A program made the translations under genes and the position numbers. A DNA stretch of 64,000 nucleotides from Macrostomum lignano (taxonomy: Eukaryota): assembly GCA_002269645.1 (NCBI GenBank), contig NIVC01002694.1:1-64000 (forward strand). Direction: 5' to 3'. How positions within the stretch are numbered: the first letter of the stretch is position 1; each line of letters opens with the position of its first letter. This document shows positions 1 through 12,835 of this stretch, piece after piece. The notes below the pieces were generated by a model. The model did not search any database. It worked only from the letters and a program-made list of their open reading frames with translations, and was not told where the DNA came from.

Positions 1-573
1 ATTTCACTGGGCCACTGGCACCAAGGGCTGGTTAGAGCAGAGCTCAACTGATAACTCTCTTATCTCTGAAACTGTCAGACAAAGGCAAAAAGTCCATCTA
101 TTTTTCCTCTCTCAACCTTCCTTTCTGCCCCCATCTCCCTCTCGATCAGTCATCTTGACCTGAAAATTAATAACTTTGTTTATTCGCATCGATTAACTCG
201 GCTGGGCCTTCGTCTTCTCGGAAAAAAACTTTTCCAAACTAATAGAGAGTCTGCAAAAGCAAAATAAGTTACAAGCTTAGTCAACTTTTCTTTTCTAATG
301 CAGAGATAGGATTGCTTTAGAAAGGAAAAATATCCCAGTCAAGAATTGGGATCGGGAAGTTTATCCCAGTTGAGCTGGCTGGGATCTCGGAGCGTAAAGA
401 AACTGCTTTGCATGATGTCGAGAGGAATCAAAAATTGTTGGTCAACACTTTTCTGCGACTGACAGCGAAGCAACATGAATGCTGGTTAACAACATCCAGT
501 GTTAGTCATGCGAATTGAGGCGCTCTGCGCTACTAGCATACCACTCTATCTTAGAATTATATCATTTCAACAA

Positions 574-2933
574 GATTCTATCTTCGATTCTATCTCCGAT
601 TCTATCCTCATCTTGACATGATTCTATCTCCGATTCTATCCTCATCTTGACATGATTCTATCTCCTTCTATCCTCATCTTGACATGATTCTATCTCCGGT
701 TCTATCCTCATCTTGACATGATACTATCTCCGATTCTATCCTCAGCTTGACATGATTCTATCTCCGATTCTATCCTCAGCTTGACATGATTCTATCTCCG
801 ATTCTATCCTCAGCTTGACATGATTCTATCTCCGATTCTATCCTCATCTTGACATGATTCTATCTCCGATTCTATCCTCAGCTTGACATGATTCTATCTC
901 CGATTCTATCCTCATCTTGACATGATACTATCTCCGATTCTATCCTAATATTGACATGATTCTATCTCCGATTCTATCCTCATCTTGACATGATACTATC
1001 TCCGATTCTATCCTCATCTTGACATGATTCTATCTCCGATTCTATCCTCATCTTGACATGATTCTATCTCCGATTCTATCCTCAGCTTGACATGATTCTA
1101 TCTCCGATTCTATCCTCATCTTGACATGATTCTATCTCCGATTCTATCCTAATATTGACATGATTCTATCTCCGATTCTATCCTCATCTTGACATGATTC
1201 TATCTCCGATTCTATCCTCATCTTGACATGATACTATCTCCGATTCTATCCTCATCTTGATATGATTCTATCTCCGGTTCTATCCTCATCTTGACATGAT
1301 TCTATCTCCGATTCTATCCTAATATTGACATGCTTCTATCTCCGATTCTATCCTCATCTTGACATGATTCTATCTCCGATTCTATCCTCATCTTGACATG
1401 ATTCTATCTCCGTTCTATCCTCATCTTGACATGATTCTATCTCCGATTCTATCCTCATTTTGACATGATTCTATCTCCGGTTCTATCCTCATCTTGATAT
1501 GATTCTATCTCCGTTCTATCCTAATCTTGACATGATTCTATCTCCGGTTCTATCCTCATCTTGACATGATTCTATCTCCGATTCTATCCTAATATTGACA
1601 TGATTCTATCTCCGATTCTATCCTCATCTTGACATGATTCTATCTCCGATTCTATCCTCATCTTGACATGATACTATCTCCGATTCTATCCTCATCTTGA
1701 TATGATTCTATCTCCGATTCTATCCTCATCTTGACATGATTCTATCTCCGGTTCTATCCTCATCTTGACATGATTCTATCTCCGGTTCTATCCTCATCTT
1801 GACATGATACTATCTCCGATTCTATCCTCAGCTTGACATGATTCTATCTCCGATTCTATCCTCAGCTTGACATGATTCTATCTCCGATTCTATCCTCAGC
1901 TTGACATGATTCTATCTCCGATTCTATCCTCATCTTGACATGATTCTATCTCCGATTCTATCCTCAGCTTGACATGATTCTATCTCCGATTCTATCCTCA
2001 TCTTGACATGATACTATCTCCGATTCTATCCTAATATTGACATGATTCTATCTCCGATTCTATCCTCATCTTGACATGATACTATCTCCGATTCTATCCT
2101 CATCTTGACATGATTCTATCTCCGGTTCTATCCTCATCTTGACATGATTCTATCTCCGATTCTATCCTCAGCTTGACATGATTCTATCTCCGATTCTATC
2201 CTCATCTTGACATGATTCTATCTCCGATTCTATCCTAATATTGACATGATTCTATCTCCGATTCTATCCTCATCTTGACATGATTCTATCTCCGATTCTA
2301 TCCTCAGCTTGACATGATACTATCTCCGATTCTATCCTCATCTTGATATGATTCTATCTCCGATTCTATCCTCAGCTTGACATGATTCTATCTCCGATTC
2401 TATCCTCATCTTGACATGATTCTATCTCCGATTCTATCCTCAGCTTGACATGATTCTATCTCCGATTCTATCCTCATCTTGACATGATTCTATCTCCGAT
2501 TCTATCCTAATATTGACATGATTCTATCTCCGATTCTATCCTCATCTTGACATGATACTATCTCCGATTCTATCCTCATCTTGACATGATACTATCTCCG
2601 ATTCTATCCTCATCTTGATATGATTCTATCTCCGGTTCTATCCTCATCTTGACATGATTCTATCTCCGATTCTATCCTAATATTGACATGCTTCTATCTC
2701 CGATTCTATCCTCATCTTGACATGATTCTATCTCCGATTCTATCCTAATATTGACATGATTCTATCTCCGGTTCTATCCTCATCTTGACATGATTCTATC
2801 TCCAATTCTATCGTCATCTTGACATGATTCTATCTCCGATTCTATCCTCATCTTGACATGATTCTATCTCCGATTCTATCCTAATCTTGACATGATACTA
2901 TCTCCGATTCTATCCTCATCTTGACATGATTCT
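574..2933. repeat. 34-bp tandem minisatellite (~69 units)
   Basis: Unit GATTCTATCTCCGATTCTATCCTCATCTTGACAT repeated head-to-tail; recurrent variants (CAGC, TAATATT, GATAC). Confidence 0.97.
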
Positions 2934-3214
2934 AAGTTGATTTCTTACAGTGCAAAAATCAATGAGGACAATGCAAGGTCACGTGCGTAGGGTCAAGAAA
3001 GATAATTAGAAAGAATTATTTTTCCCAGAACTGTTCTTGAATTGCTAGAAGTTCTCAACAATATTTCGTTCGCATTGTGTACTTTACAGTGCCTTTTGCC
3101 TCTCTAAACCTGAAGTCTGAGCTGATTCTATGTGCAACACGCTTCTGTGGCCCCTTTATAAATATCTAATGGTAACCCTTTGTACCCTTTGCCCTAGTGG
3201 CCCTTCCTTGCTAC

Positions 3215-4050
3215 CCCTGTATCTCTCTATCACAGTATGTCTCTATCGAAATACTCCTTCCTCTCTACCCCAGTGTCTCTATCCCAATACCCCTTTCTCT
3301 CTACCCCAGTGTGTCTCTATCCCAATACCCCTTCCTCTCTACCCCAGTGTGTCTCTATCCCAATACCCCTCCCTCTCTTACCCCAGTGTGTCTCTATCCC
3401 AATACCCCTCCCTCTCTACCCCAGTGTGTCTCTATCCCAATACCCCTCCCTCTCTACCCCAGTGTGTCGCTATCCCAATACCCCTTCCTCTCTACCCCAG
3501 TGTGTCTCTATCCCAATACCCCTTCCTCTCTACCCCAGTGTGTCTCTACCCCAATACCCATTCCTCTCTACCCCAGTGTGTCTCTATCCCAATACCCCTT
3601 TCTCTCTACCCCAGTGTGTCTCTATCCCAATACCCCTCCCTCTCTCTACCCCAGTGTGTCTCTATCCCAATACCCATCCCTCTCTTACCCCAGTGTGTCT
3701 CTATCCCAATACCCCTCCCTCTCTACCCCAGTGTGTCTCTATCCCAATACCCATTCCTCTCTACCCCAGTGTCTCTATCCCAATACCCCTCCCTCTCTAC
3801 CCCAGTGTGTCTCTATCCCAATACCCATCCCTCTCTTACCCCAGTGTGTCTCTATCCCAATACCCCTTCCTCTCTACCCCAGTGTGTCTCTATCCCAATA
3901 CCCCTCCCTCTCTACCCCAGTGTGTCTCTATCCCAATACCCATCCCTCTCTTACCCCAGTGTGTCTCTATCCCAATACCCCTTCCTCTCTACCCCAGTTT
4001 GTCTCTATCCCAATACCCATTCCTCTCTACCTCCCGTATCTCTTTACCCC
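3215..4050. repeat. ~38-bp C/T-rich minisatellite
   Basis: Unit CCCCAGTGTGTCTCTATCCCAATACCCCTTCCTCTCTA; explains the three overlapping repetitive ORFs at 3130-4276. Confidence 0.95.
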
Positions 4051-4518
4051 AATAACCCGTTTCCTTTGCCCTCCTATTCCTTCCTATTCCTTTACCCTCT
4101 TCTTCCTCTGCACTCGCGCTCACTCACAAACCACCCAACCGTACACACATTTTAATTTAGTGCATCTAAAGTCAATCACCATTCTATCCCGAATTTTTTA
4201 TCTGAAAATCTTCCATGCTTCAGTCGCTCCAAATCCCCTTTCAAGTCGGCACCCAAAGCCGCGGCGGCAGCATTAAACAAAGCCAAAAAAGAAAGGTCTA
4301 ACACTAATCCGACTGTAACAGACAAGCGGTTAATGAGTTTCCAAAAGCTGGCCAGGGACAAAAGGAGAAACAAGAAAGATTTGCATGTTTCTCCCGGATA
4401 TGAAGATAATCCCAAGAAGGATTTAGCGGCTCCAAACACAGCTTATCGACTAATAAATGGCTTTGGTATATGCTACCCATCATCAGCTTGCGGCACGCCT
4501 TCCCAAAACCGACGATTG

Positions 4519-4521
<3 letters not shown>

Positions 4522-4589
<68 letters not shown>

Positions 4590-4625
4590 TTCTCTCTCTC
4601 TCTTCTCTCTTCTCTTTCTCTCTCT

Positions 4626-4689
<64 letters not shown>
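4522..4689. repeat. (CT)n microsatellite
   Basis: Near-pure CT dinucleotide run. Confidence 0.98.
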
Positions 4690-4691
<2 letters not shown>

Positions 4692-4896
4692 GTTAAAGCT
4701 CGATCGAAGATAAAGTGGCCAATATACGAAACCAGTATTTCTGAAACAAAAGACTAATCATTATAGTCCAAACACTCCAAGTCCACATCCAAGAATTTTA
4801 ACCTTTTACAATCTACATTTACGAGTGCAGCCAAAAGCTAATAGAAGTTCGACTATTAGTCAGTTTACAGTTAAGGCAAAACAAAACGCAGGAAAT

Positions 4897-5833
4897 CTAA
4901 CAGGTGACACTATCCTGTCTAACAGGTGACACTATCCTGTCTAAAAGGTGACACTATCCTGTCTAACAGGTGACACTGTCCTGTCTAACAGGTGACACTA
5001 TCCTGTCTAACAGGTGACACTGTCCTGTCTAACAGGTGACACTATCCTGTCTAACAGGTGACTCTATCCTGTCTAACAGGTGACTCTATCCTGTCTAACA
5101 GATGACACTATCCTGTCTAACAGGTGACACTATCCTGTCTAAAAGGTGACACTATCCTGTCTAACAGGTGACACTATCCTGTCTAACAGGTGACTCTATC
5201 CTGTCTAACAGATGACACTATCCTGTCTAACAGGTAACACTATCCTGTCTAACAGGTAACACTATCCTGTCTAACAGGTGACACTATCCTGTCTAACAGG
5301 TGACACTATCCTGTCTAACAGGTGACACTGTCCTGTCTAACAGGTGACACTATCCTGTCTAAAAGGTAACACTATCCTGTCTAACAGGTGACACTGTCCT
5401 GTCTAACAGGTGACACTATCCTGTCTAACAGATGACACTATCCCGTCTAACAGGTGACACTATCCTGTCTAACAGGTGACACTGTCCTGTCTAACAGGTG
5501 ACACTATCCTGTCTAAAAGGTAACACTATCCTGTCTAACAGGTGACACTGTCCTGTCTAACAGGTGACACTATCCTGTCTAACAGGTGACACTATCCTGT
5601 CTAACAGATGACACTATCCTGTCTAACAGGTGATACTATCCTGTCTAACAGGTGACACTATCCTGTCTTACAGATGTCACTATCCTGTCTAACAGATGAC
5701 ACTTTCCTGTCTAACAGGTAACACTATCCTGTCTAACAGGTGACACTATCCTGTCTAACAGGTAACACTATCCTGTCTAACAGGTGACACTATCCTGTCT
5801 AACAGATGACACTATCCTGTCTAACAAGTGACA
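4897..5833 (+). repeat. 22-bp minisatellite, family A (copy 1)
   Basis: Unit CTAACAGGTGACACTATCCTGT; the same unit recurs at 31287-32003 and reverse-complemented at 51272-51620. Confidence 0.97.
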
Positions 5834-6502
5834 CATCTTAACAAGAGACAAAACTGTTACAGAAGACCTGGGGTGACACTTGAGTCTTATAGGTAAAACT
5901 CAGATCCAACAGCCAACACCTGTGCAAGATACCGACAATAAGTAATTTACAGTAGTGCACAAGTCGACCTGCAGATCTGTACTTGTGCCTGTATCTACAG
6001 CCTTGTTTTCAGGCTAAGGCATATGTCAGGTAAAATGCATTTTTGTCCACATTTTCACTTCGCTAAACAATGCTTGCTGCAAGATACGCCTCCACGTCTT
6101 TTTTCCAAACTTTCATTCCGCACTCCTAAAAAAGTTTTTCTGTTGACTGCGCGGAAGTGCTGCTGGGTTTAAAATATCTCTCTACTCTACTCTGCTTATA
6201 TGATGAGGCATGTAGGGACACAGAGGGGAGGCTGGGGCTGCTCCAAAGCTGAAAGCTGAGAATGATAAACGCTGCAAGAATGCGCCCGAGTCAGACATTT
6301 GCCACTGAAATAGATAAGCTGCGTGATGGAAGACGAGGTAAAAAAGTGCTTCCTGTTGCTGTGTACCTTTTTTTCCTGGTTTCTTTACTTTATCACATAG
6401 CTCCCAGTCGCTCTCCCCGCTTTCACCACTGCGACTCACGAAAAGAGCGCGGACACAGTGGGACAGAGGTCCCCGTTTGAACTGGCTGGCTGCGGAGGCC
6501 TT

Positions 6503-6547
6503 GATAGATGATGATAGATGGATAGATAGATAGATGATGATAGATGA

Positions 6548-6589
<42 letters not shown>

Positions 6590-6601
6590 GATGATAGATG
6601 A

Positions 6602-6674
<73 letters not shown>

Positions 6675-6687
6675 CAGATAGATAGAT
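6503..6687. repeat. (GATA)n microsatellite
   Basis: GATA tetranucleotide run with GAT interruptions. Confidence 0.97.
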
Positions 6688-7544
6688 ATGATATGCAAAT
6701 ATGAATATATTTAATAGAATAAGATCAGGCCTTAAGCTGTCAGAAAAGTAACAGGAAAATTTTCAAAAGAATAGTTTTTGCCTCCTCGATTTGCATATCT
6801 TAGGAAATTTTTAATTTCTCCAGAGGACTGGCGCAGGATGCTATTTCGCTTTTTGCTTATCAGCAAGATGAAAAGTTGAATTGCTTGATCCATGCAATTG
6901 CACGATCGGTATGTTGCACGTTAACATAACGAGATCGCATTGGAAAGTAAGTGGCGAAAAAAACAATCAGCTGAATGGCTGCTATGAAACTTGAAATTGC
7001 GTTAAATTAAAGGCACGGGCTTAGGCTTTCAAGATCACACAAAATTCTGTCGCTCCTCACAAAACTACGAGTAGGAGTGTTTTAGCTGCTCTCAAAGCCT
7101 TTAACAGAACACCGGCAATTCTATCCCTAAGTACATAAACTCTTCTGCGGGTAGAAACGATAAGAGGCTGAAAAATGTGTGTCTACAAGTCTCCAGGGAT
7201 TGTCTGGAAGCATTGAAAGAGAAGTAGATACACTCGAATGCTCTTAGTTCCAGCAGGTGCAATTCGAGAAACGTGTGTGTTAATACCTGTTTAATGCCTC
7301 GGATAGCGGCAGAAAGACTCATTAAGACGTAGCGGAATCTGTCGGGGTACTTCAGTAAACGATCAGATAGATAGCAGACCAGGGTACACCTGCTGAGACA
7401 TAATCTCTTTAATTGGAAGTTTATCCTTCTTTGTATGAGTATAATATGAAGCTGTTGATGGTTGTTAATCGTTTAATATACCTTTTAATACCTGACTACA
7501 GAGCAACTCGAATTTCTGAAAATTCCTTTTCAGATTCGACAGCG

Positions 7545-8864
7545 ATGACCGACTGCAACGAGAGCGAATGGATGCAGAAATACTACCGCATCAGCGTGCC
7601 GGTTATCAGCTCAGTCTCATTGCTGCTCAACATCTGCAATATTGTCATATTTAGCAAACGCAAAATGGTCTCGCCAACTAATTCGATTCTACTGGGCATA
7701 GCGGTCAGCGACCTGTGCAAGGTGTCCATGTTTCTTGTGACCACAGCGGCGCACCTGCCGAAAACGTCCTACGCCAGTCAGATTGTCTATCTGATATGCA
7801 ACGTTGCCATGCTAGTTATGCACGCGTTCGCTCTGTGGTGCGGCGTCCTATTAGCCTTGTTCCGTTTTTTCTACTTGAGATTCTACGCCTCGCCGCTCAC
7901 AAAGGTGTGGTTTAGTCTGTCTAGAGCTCGACTAGCGGTCTGCCTGGCCTTCCTTGCCAACATCATCGTGACTCTGCCGTACGCCAGCGTTCTGAGACTT
8001 CGCAGGGTACCCGCCACAGATGTGTCGAATTCAACTAGCAACGACACGGGTCCAGTGGTAGTGAAGTTCGAGGCTGAAATGCTCGATTCCTATCAGTACC
8101 AGGTGCGAATGCTGAACGTCATCGCCCAGAAACTGGCTCCTTGCCTCATCATGGCTGGTTTCTGTTTCTGTATCATTTACAGTCTGCGACAGGCTGAGAA
8201 GAGGCGAGAGAAACTGGTCAAGTCCACTAATAGAAGCACCGCTACAGCAGCAGCGGCCGCTGCAGCCGAGGCTCCAGATGCGGCCACACCGCTGACCAAG
8301 GAGCAACAGAAGGCCAGCAAATCTAGCCGGAAGGAGAAGCGGTCCAGGGATCACCGCCGCACTACTAGCTTTCTGCTGATCATTTTACTGCTGTACATCC
8401 TCTATGAAGTGCCCATGAGTTTAATTCTCGTACTGTCCGATAGCGCGTTCAATCTTACTGGCGTCCAATGCTTCTTGCAAACTTACAGCGCCATACTAAA
8501 CTCCATCGGCCTGGTGAACAATACCATCAATTTCTTTCTGTACAGCTTTATGAGCAAGCAATTTAGAGACGCATTCAAAGAGGTATTCGGATTGTCGCAT
8601 CTGGCAGCAAAAGCGCGGTCGTTGGCTATTTCTATGGGATTGCAAGTGCCCAACGCAGCTAACACCGCAGCTCAAGACGCGCCTGCAGGCTCAAACAATG
8701 CGGCACAGGGCGGCGCTCCGTTGGCGGACAGAAGCAGAGCAGCCGGTGTGCATCTGGAAAGCATCAAAGTGTGCTCGGAGAGTCCAGCTTCACCTGGGGA
8801 GCCAGACGAACGATCGAACCGAAGTGCATCCGACGCTCACAGCAACTCGTGCGAGGAGTATTGA
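7545..8864 (+). CDS. Intronless class A (rhodopsin-like) peptide GPCR, FMRFamide/myosuppressin (DMSR)-receptor-like
   Basis: Seven hydrophobic segments. Motifs RKMVSPTNSILLGIAVSDL (ICL1/TM2), HAFALWCGVLLALFRF (TM3, non-DRY), RTTSFLLIILLLYILYEVP (TM6) and NNTINFFLYSFMSKQFR (TM7) resemble this receptor group. Start placed at ATG 7545 (MTDCNES), 11 nt after a TTTTCAG acceptor at 7527-7533; the ORF is open from 7413. Confidence 0.9.
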   Translation: MTDCNESEWMQKYYRISVPVISSVSLLLNICNIVIFSKRKMVSPTNSILLGIAVSDLCKVSMFLVTTAAHLPKTSYASQIVYLICNVAMLVMHAFALWCGVLLALFRFFYLRFYASPLTKVWFSLSRARLAVCLAFLANIIVTLPYASVLRLRRVPATDVSNSTSNDTGPVVVKFEAEMLDSYQYQVRMLNVIAQKLAPCLIMAGFCFCIIYSLRQAEKRREKLVKSTNRSTATAAAAAAAEAPDAATPLTKEQQKASKSSRKEKRSRDHRRTTSFLLIILLLYILYEVPMSLILVLSDSAFNLTGVQCFLQTYSAILNSIGLVNNTINFFLYSFMSKQFRDAFKEVFGLSHLAAKARSLAISMGLQVPNAANTAAQDAPAGSNNAAQGGAPLADRSRAAGVHLESIKVCSESPASPGEPDERSNRSASDAHSNSCEEY

Positions 8865-9824
8865 AGCTCGGATCGGGGAGATCGTGGAGAGGGTTGATAA
8901 GACTCAACTTAATTAATTTTCCTAATCAACCCTGAAAGCACAACTTGACATGAAAATTTTAGCTACGATATTTTAAAGATCAAACAGTAGAAAGTTTCGA
9001 TAGTCTTTTACCTTGGACCTTTGAACTTTGCATAACTTTGCTTCTTTATAATAACTAAAACTATTTTACAATATAAAAAATTAGACTCAAAGAGAGAAAC
9101 GGAATTTTACAATTTTTCTACCAAACCATTACCTTTGTGTCTAAGTAAGAATGAAATATTTACTATTTCTGTATTTTATCCTTGTAGTAAGGCTTATGAT
9201 TCTATTTAAATTTTTCAAATTATGTTGTCTGTTAAATGCTAGTAACTTTCCTTGAAGTTTCAGTTTTTGAAATATGCATAACTTTTGCGAGAGAATATGT
9301 AACGGATGGCACGTGCGAACAAGTATGAAAAATTCAACTTTCCCATCACAGTACCGAACTAGAATTAACGGGAGCTGAAAGACATAAACAGGATTAAAAA
9401 GAAGCAGTTTTAACTTATTTAAGACGAATACTTTACTGTGTAGGTTAAAATCTGTATTTTATTTTTTATTCCTGTTTTTTTCGTTTCTTTTTACGCTATT
9501 AATCCAATTATAAGCGATCAACATATTATAACCACTTGTTTATCTATCGTACCGATCGAAGTTTAAATATTTCACTATATGGCTGACTGCACCGCAATGT
9601 TCACATTTATTAATGCCTGAAATTTTCTGCACCAGAACTGCACGAAAAGGCGACTGCAATAGTTATGTCGGCATCATAACTTTTAAAATATAACACTATA
9701 ACACTATCGACATCAATAATTTTAATTGAAAAAACTGGATTGCATACTGCACACTCATCGCAAAAAATAATTTGTTCTTCACCAGATCGTTTTGGTGTCG
9801 TGTATTGATCATTTTATCCGAGCA

Positions 9825-10385
9825 CCACGGCCTGAGAATATACTCGTAGATGAGCTAGAGTTGGAGTCTAAGTGAGGTCAACAAAGATGATGAGCCATGG
9901 CCTGAGAATACACTCGTACATGAGCTAGAGTTGGAGTCTAAGTGAGGTCAACAAAGATGATGAGCCATGGCCTGAGAATACACTCGTACATGAGCTAGAG
10001 TTGGAGTCTAAGTGAGGTCAACAAAGATGATGAGCCATGGCCTGAGAATACACTCGTACATGAGCTAGAGTTGGAGTCTAAGTGAGGTCAACAAAGATGA
10101 TGAGCCATGGCCTGAGAATACACTCGTACATGAGCTGGAGTTGGAGTCTAAGTGAGGTCAACAAAGATGATGAGCCATGGCCTGAGAATACACTCGTACA
10201 TGAGCTGGAGTTGGAGTCTAAGTGAGGTCAACAAAGATGATGAGCCATGGCCTGAGAATACACTCGTACATGAGCTGGAGTTGGAGTCTAAGTGAGGTCA
10301 ACAAAGATGATGAGCCATGGCCTGAGAATACACTCGTACATGAGCTAGAGTTGGAGTCTAAGTGAGGTCAACAAAGATGATGAGT
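9825..10385. repeat. 70-bp tandem repeat, 8 near-identical units
   Basis: CCATGG at 9895, 9965 and onward gives a period of 70; unit CCATGGCCTGAGAATACACTCGTACATGAGCTAGAGTTGGAGTCTAAGTGAGGTCAACAAAGATGATGAG. Confidence 0.97.
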
Positions 10386-12835
10386 AGGCTAAAACCAATA
10401 ACCAAGGCAAAAACGTAGCTGAAACGGGACGGTGCACCTTTGCAACTAACTACTGTGAAAGATAAAATAGAAAATGTCAATTACCACGCATCGTGAGCCT
10501 ATAGCTTTGCATGAAAGTATAGGAAATACAACGGCAGAAATGATTGAAACTTAAAATTGTATCGGCAGCGGTGGGATTCGAAACACATGTAAGTCAACAA
10601 TGTTATAAAATGCTATCTCGTTCCATTCGATTTGCATGCCAATGCAACGTCAAAAAGCATTGCTCACCAAAGAGATTGAATTGACAGAAAAGTAGACTTT
10701 GATGAATTGGGTAGAAACATGGTCAGCGTTGCTTATGTTTTTCTCTCTCCCGATTTTGCGTGTCGCAGAGCAGAGAGGACAGAATCGAGTTGATTAGGGC
10801 TGAAAGTCAGCCTCAATCCAAATGAAAGGCTTTGATTCGACCAGTCAAAGCACACGCTTTGACGACAGGCACATATCTGAGCCCCGCAAATACTCTTCGT
10901 GCCTCCTCTGCCCCTTCATTCCTGCCTGTCATTTTAGTCCAAACCTCAGCGACCTACGAATTCCATCTGTACTTTCGGAATCCTACTTGATGAAATGCAT
11001 TGATGCCCAGACAATATACAATAGGATATTACAACTGTCATCGAATGCAAAAAAAATTTCAAGCTGCATGATTGAATTAATTCAATTCAACTGATTTAAT
11101 ATTCTACCGAAAAATGATAAATAATGAAAAACTGGCAGCACGAATTAATTACGAAAAAAACTCAAATAAAGTCGCGTGAACATGAAATATTAAGTGAAGA
11201 GATTTCGGCTGCTGACAGCTCAACCCGCATAATTAAGGAATCGTAGGGACTGATGTGAGCGTCTTAATTACGAGTAAATGAACAAATGCTACGAGTCGAG
11301 CGGTTGAGATATCATCATCTCAGAATGCCCTCCCAGCGAAGACATTTTACGCCGGTAGATAAATGAAATGATGCTCAAAGCGTTCTCGAAAGCCAAACAG
11401 CTGGTAATTTTAAAAATTGCAATTTTTATTCTGTCAAAAGGTTGCGATCTGAGCCTCAAATCTCGGATTTATAGGTCGATTCAGTCGGTTAGAAACGGAT
11501 TAAAGGCCTACCTGTGCATATCCATAGCGGGAAATGGTCAATAATCTCTATATCAAGGTAATGAATTACTGGTTATTTTGACAAAGACAAAGAGCCAAGC
11601 TTTGAATACGATTGAATACGTAATTCTTCAATAACTGCTTGAATGTCTATAGCCAAAGGTAAATTTAGGAAATGCAGATAAAAAAGAAGCGAGATCTCTG
11701 GTGAAGAATGTGGTATAGAAGCGATCGCTCTGTATACGATTGCTTAGAAAGTTTAAAGAAAAAGAAATCGACAACAGAGGATAAGGGCAAAGCAAAAGAG
11801 ATAATTGCAGAGCAAATATTAATGAATATTTGGCATTTGCGGTAGAAGTTTCTGCTCCATATATTTGCAACGCAGTCGAGATGCGTTTTGGAATATTATA
11901 CCAAGAGCAAGTCAAATAGAAGTTTGCACTATTCGACGGGAATCGAACTGATTATTGTAAGTAAAAATTGAGCATAGAGCTTGTTTGCTCAGGCTCTAGA
12001 TAATTTCTAGGAGTGAAAATCTTTTTAGGGTGGATAATAACAAAAAAATAGTTAGGTAAACCTTTTTTTAATATCCGCCGAATCTTATTACAGTTAATAT
12101 TATTGATTATAATGATTACCAGTAAGATTATCAAGTTACTTTTCTGCCCGAGGTCACGAAAAATCCAACAGGTTCCTTCTTTTCAAAAGTTATCCTTCAA
12201 TTCATATTCAATTTTTCTTTATTTTTCAGCAGCTAAACCCCTTAATTTATGATGAATGTTTTCGTTTTTGCTCCGGGTTATCAAGTATCAGAACTTTCCA
12301 AGCACCCGAGTAGATGATGGTGCCATTGTAGCTCTGAACGTCAATACATCATTAAACGCAAAATGATAATAGATATTTACTAAAACAATAAGACCATTTT
12401 TTAAACACTCGCGTGTGATTAGTAGTGAAGCTTTTATAAGTTTTCTATATAATTTATAAAACATTTTTTCTTTTAAACTCGATAAGACAGACTGACTGGC
12501 CTAAAAATTTTTCTATATGAACTTGGCGAAGGATCGCAACTAGTAATAAACGGAAAAGAGATTTTCTAATTTTACTCCAAATATAGCAATTGAATAGATA
12601 GATGTGCAATTGTATTTTCCTACATTCTCGATTCTTCCCAATTGAAAGTTAGAATCTACTAACAACAGAAACACAGATACACGCACACACAGTATTTATT
12701 ATATGAGCGTATGTACAAAATTGAAACAAGATAACAAAAAGTTATATAACAAAGGACAGATATTCAATAAGTACTTTTTGAAATTTAATATTAAAAAATT
12801 ACTATGGCGAAGCGTATGGCATACAAAAACTGTCT

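Noticed and set aside
3130-4276. Three overlapping 270-360 aa ORFs
   Set aside because: Translations of the 38-bp minisatellite; open in several frames only because the unit lacks stops.
4897-5833. AGGTGACACTAT resembles the SP6 phage promoter core
   Set aside because: It is embedded in a diverged genomic tandem unit present at three loci and lacks the ATTT/AG flanks; not vector contamination.
11934-11950. B-box-like GTTCGATTCCCG on the minus strand
   Set aside because: No A box or cloverleaf; too short to call a tRNA or SINE.
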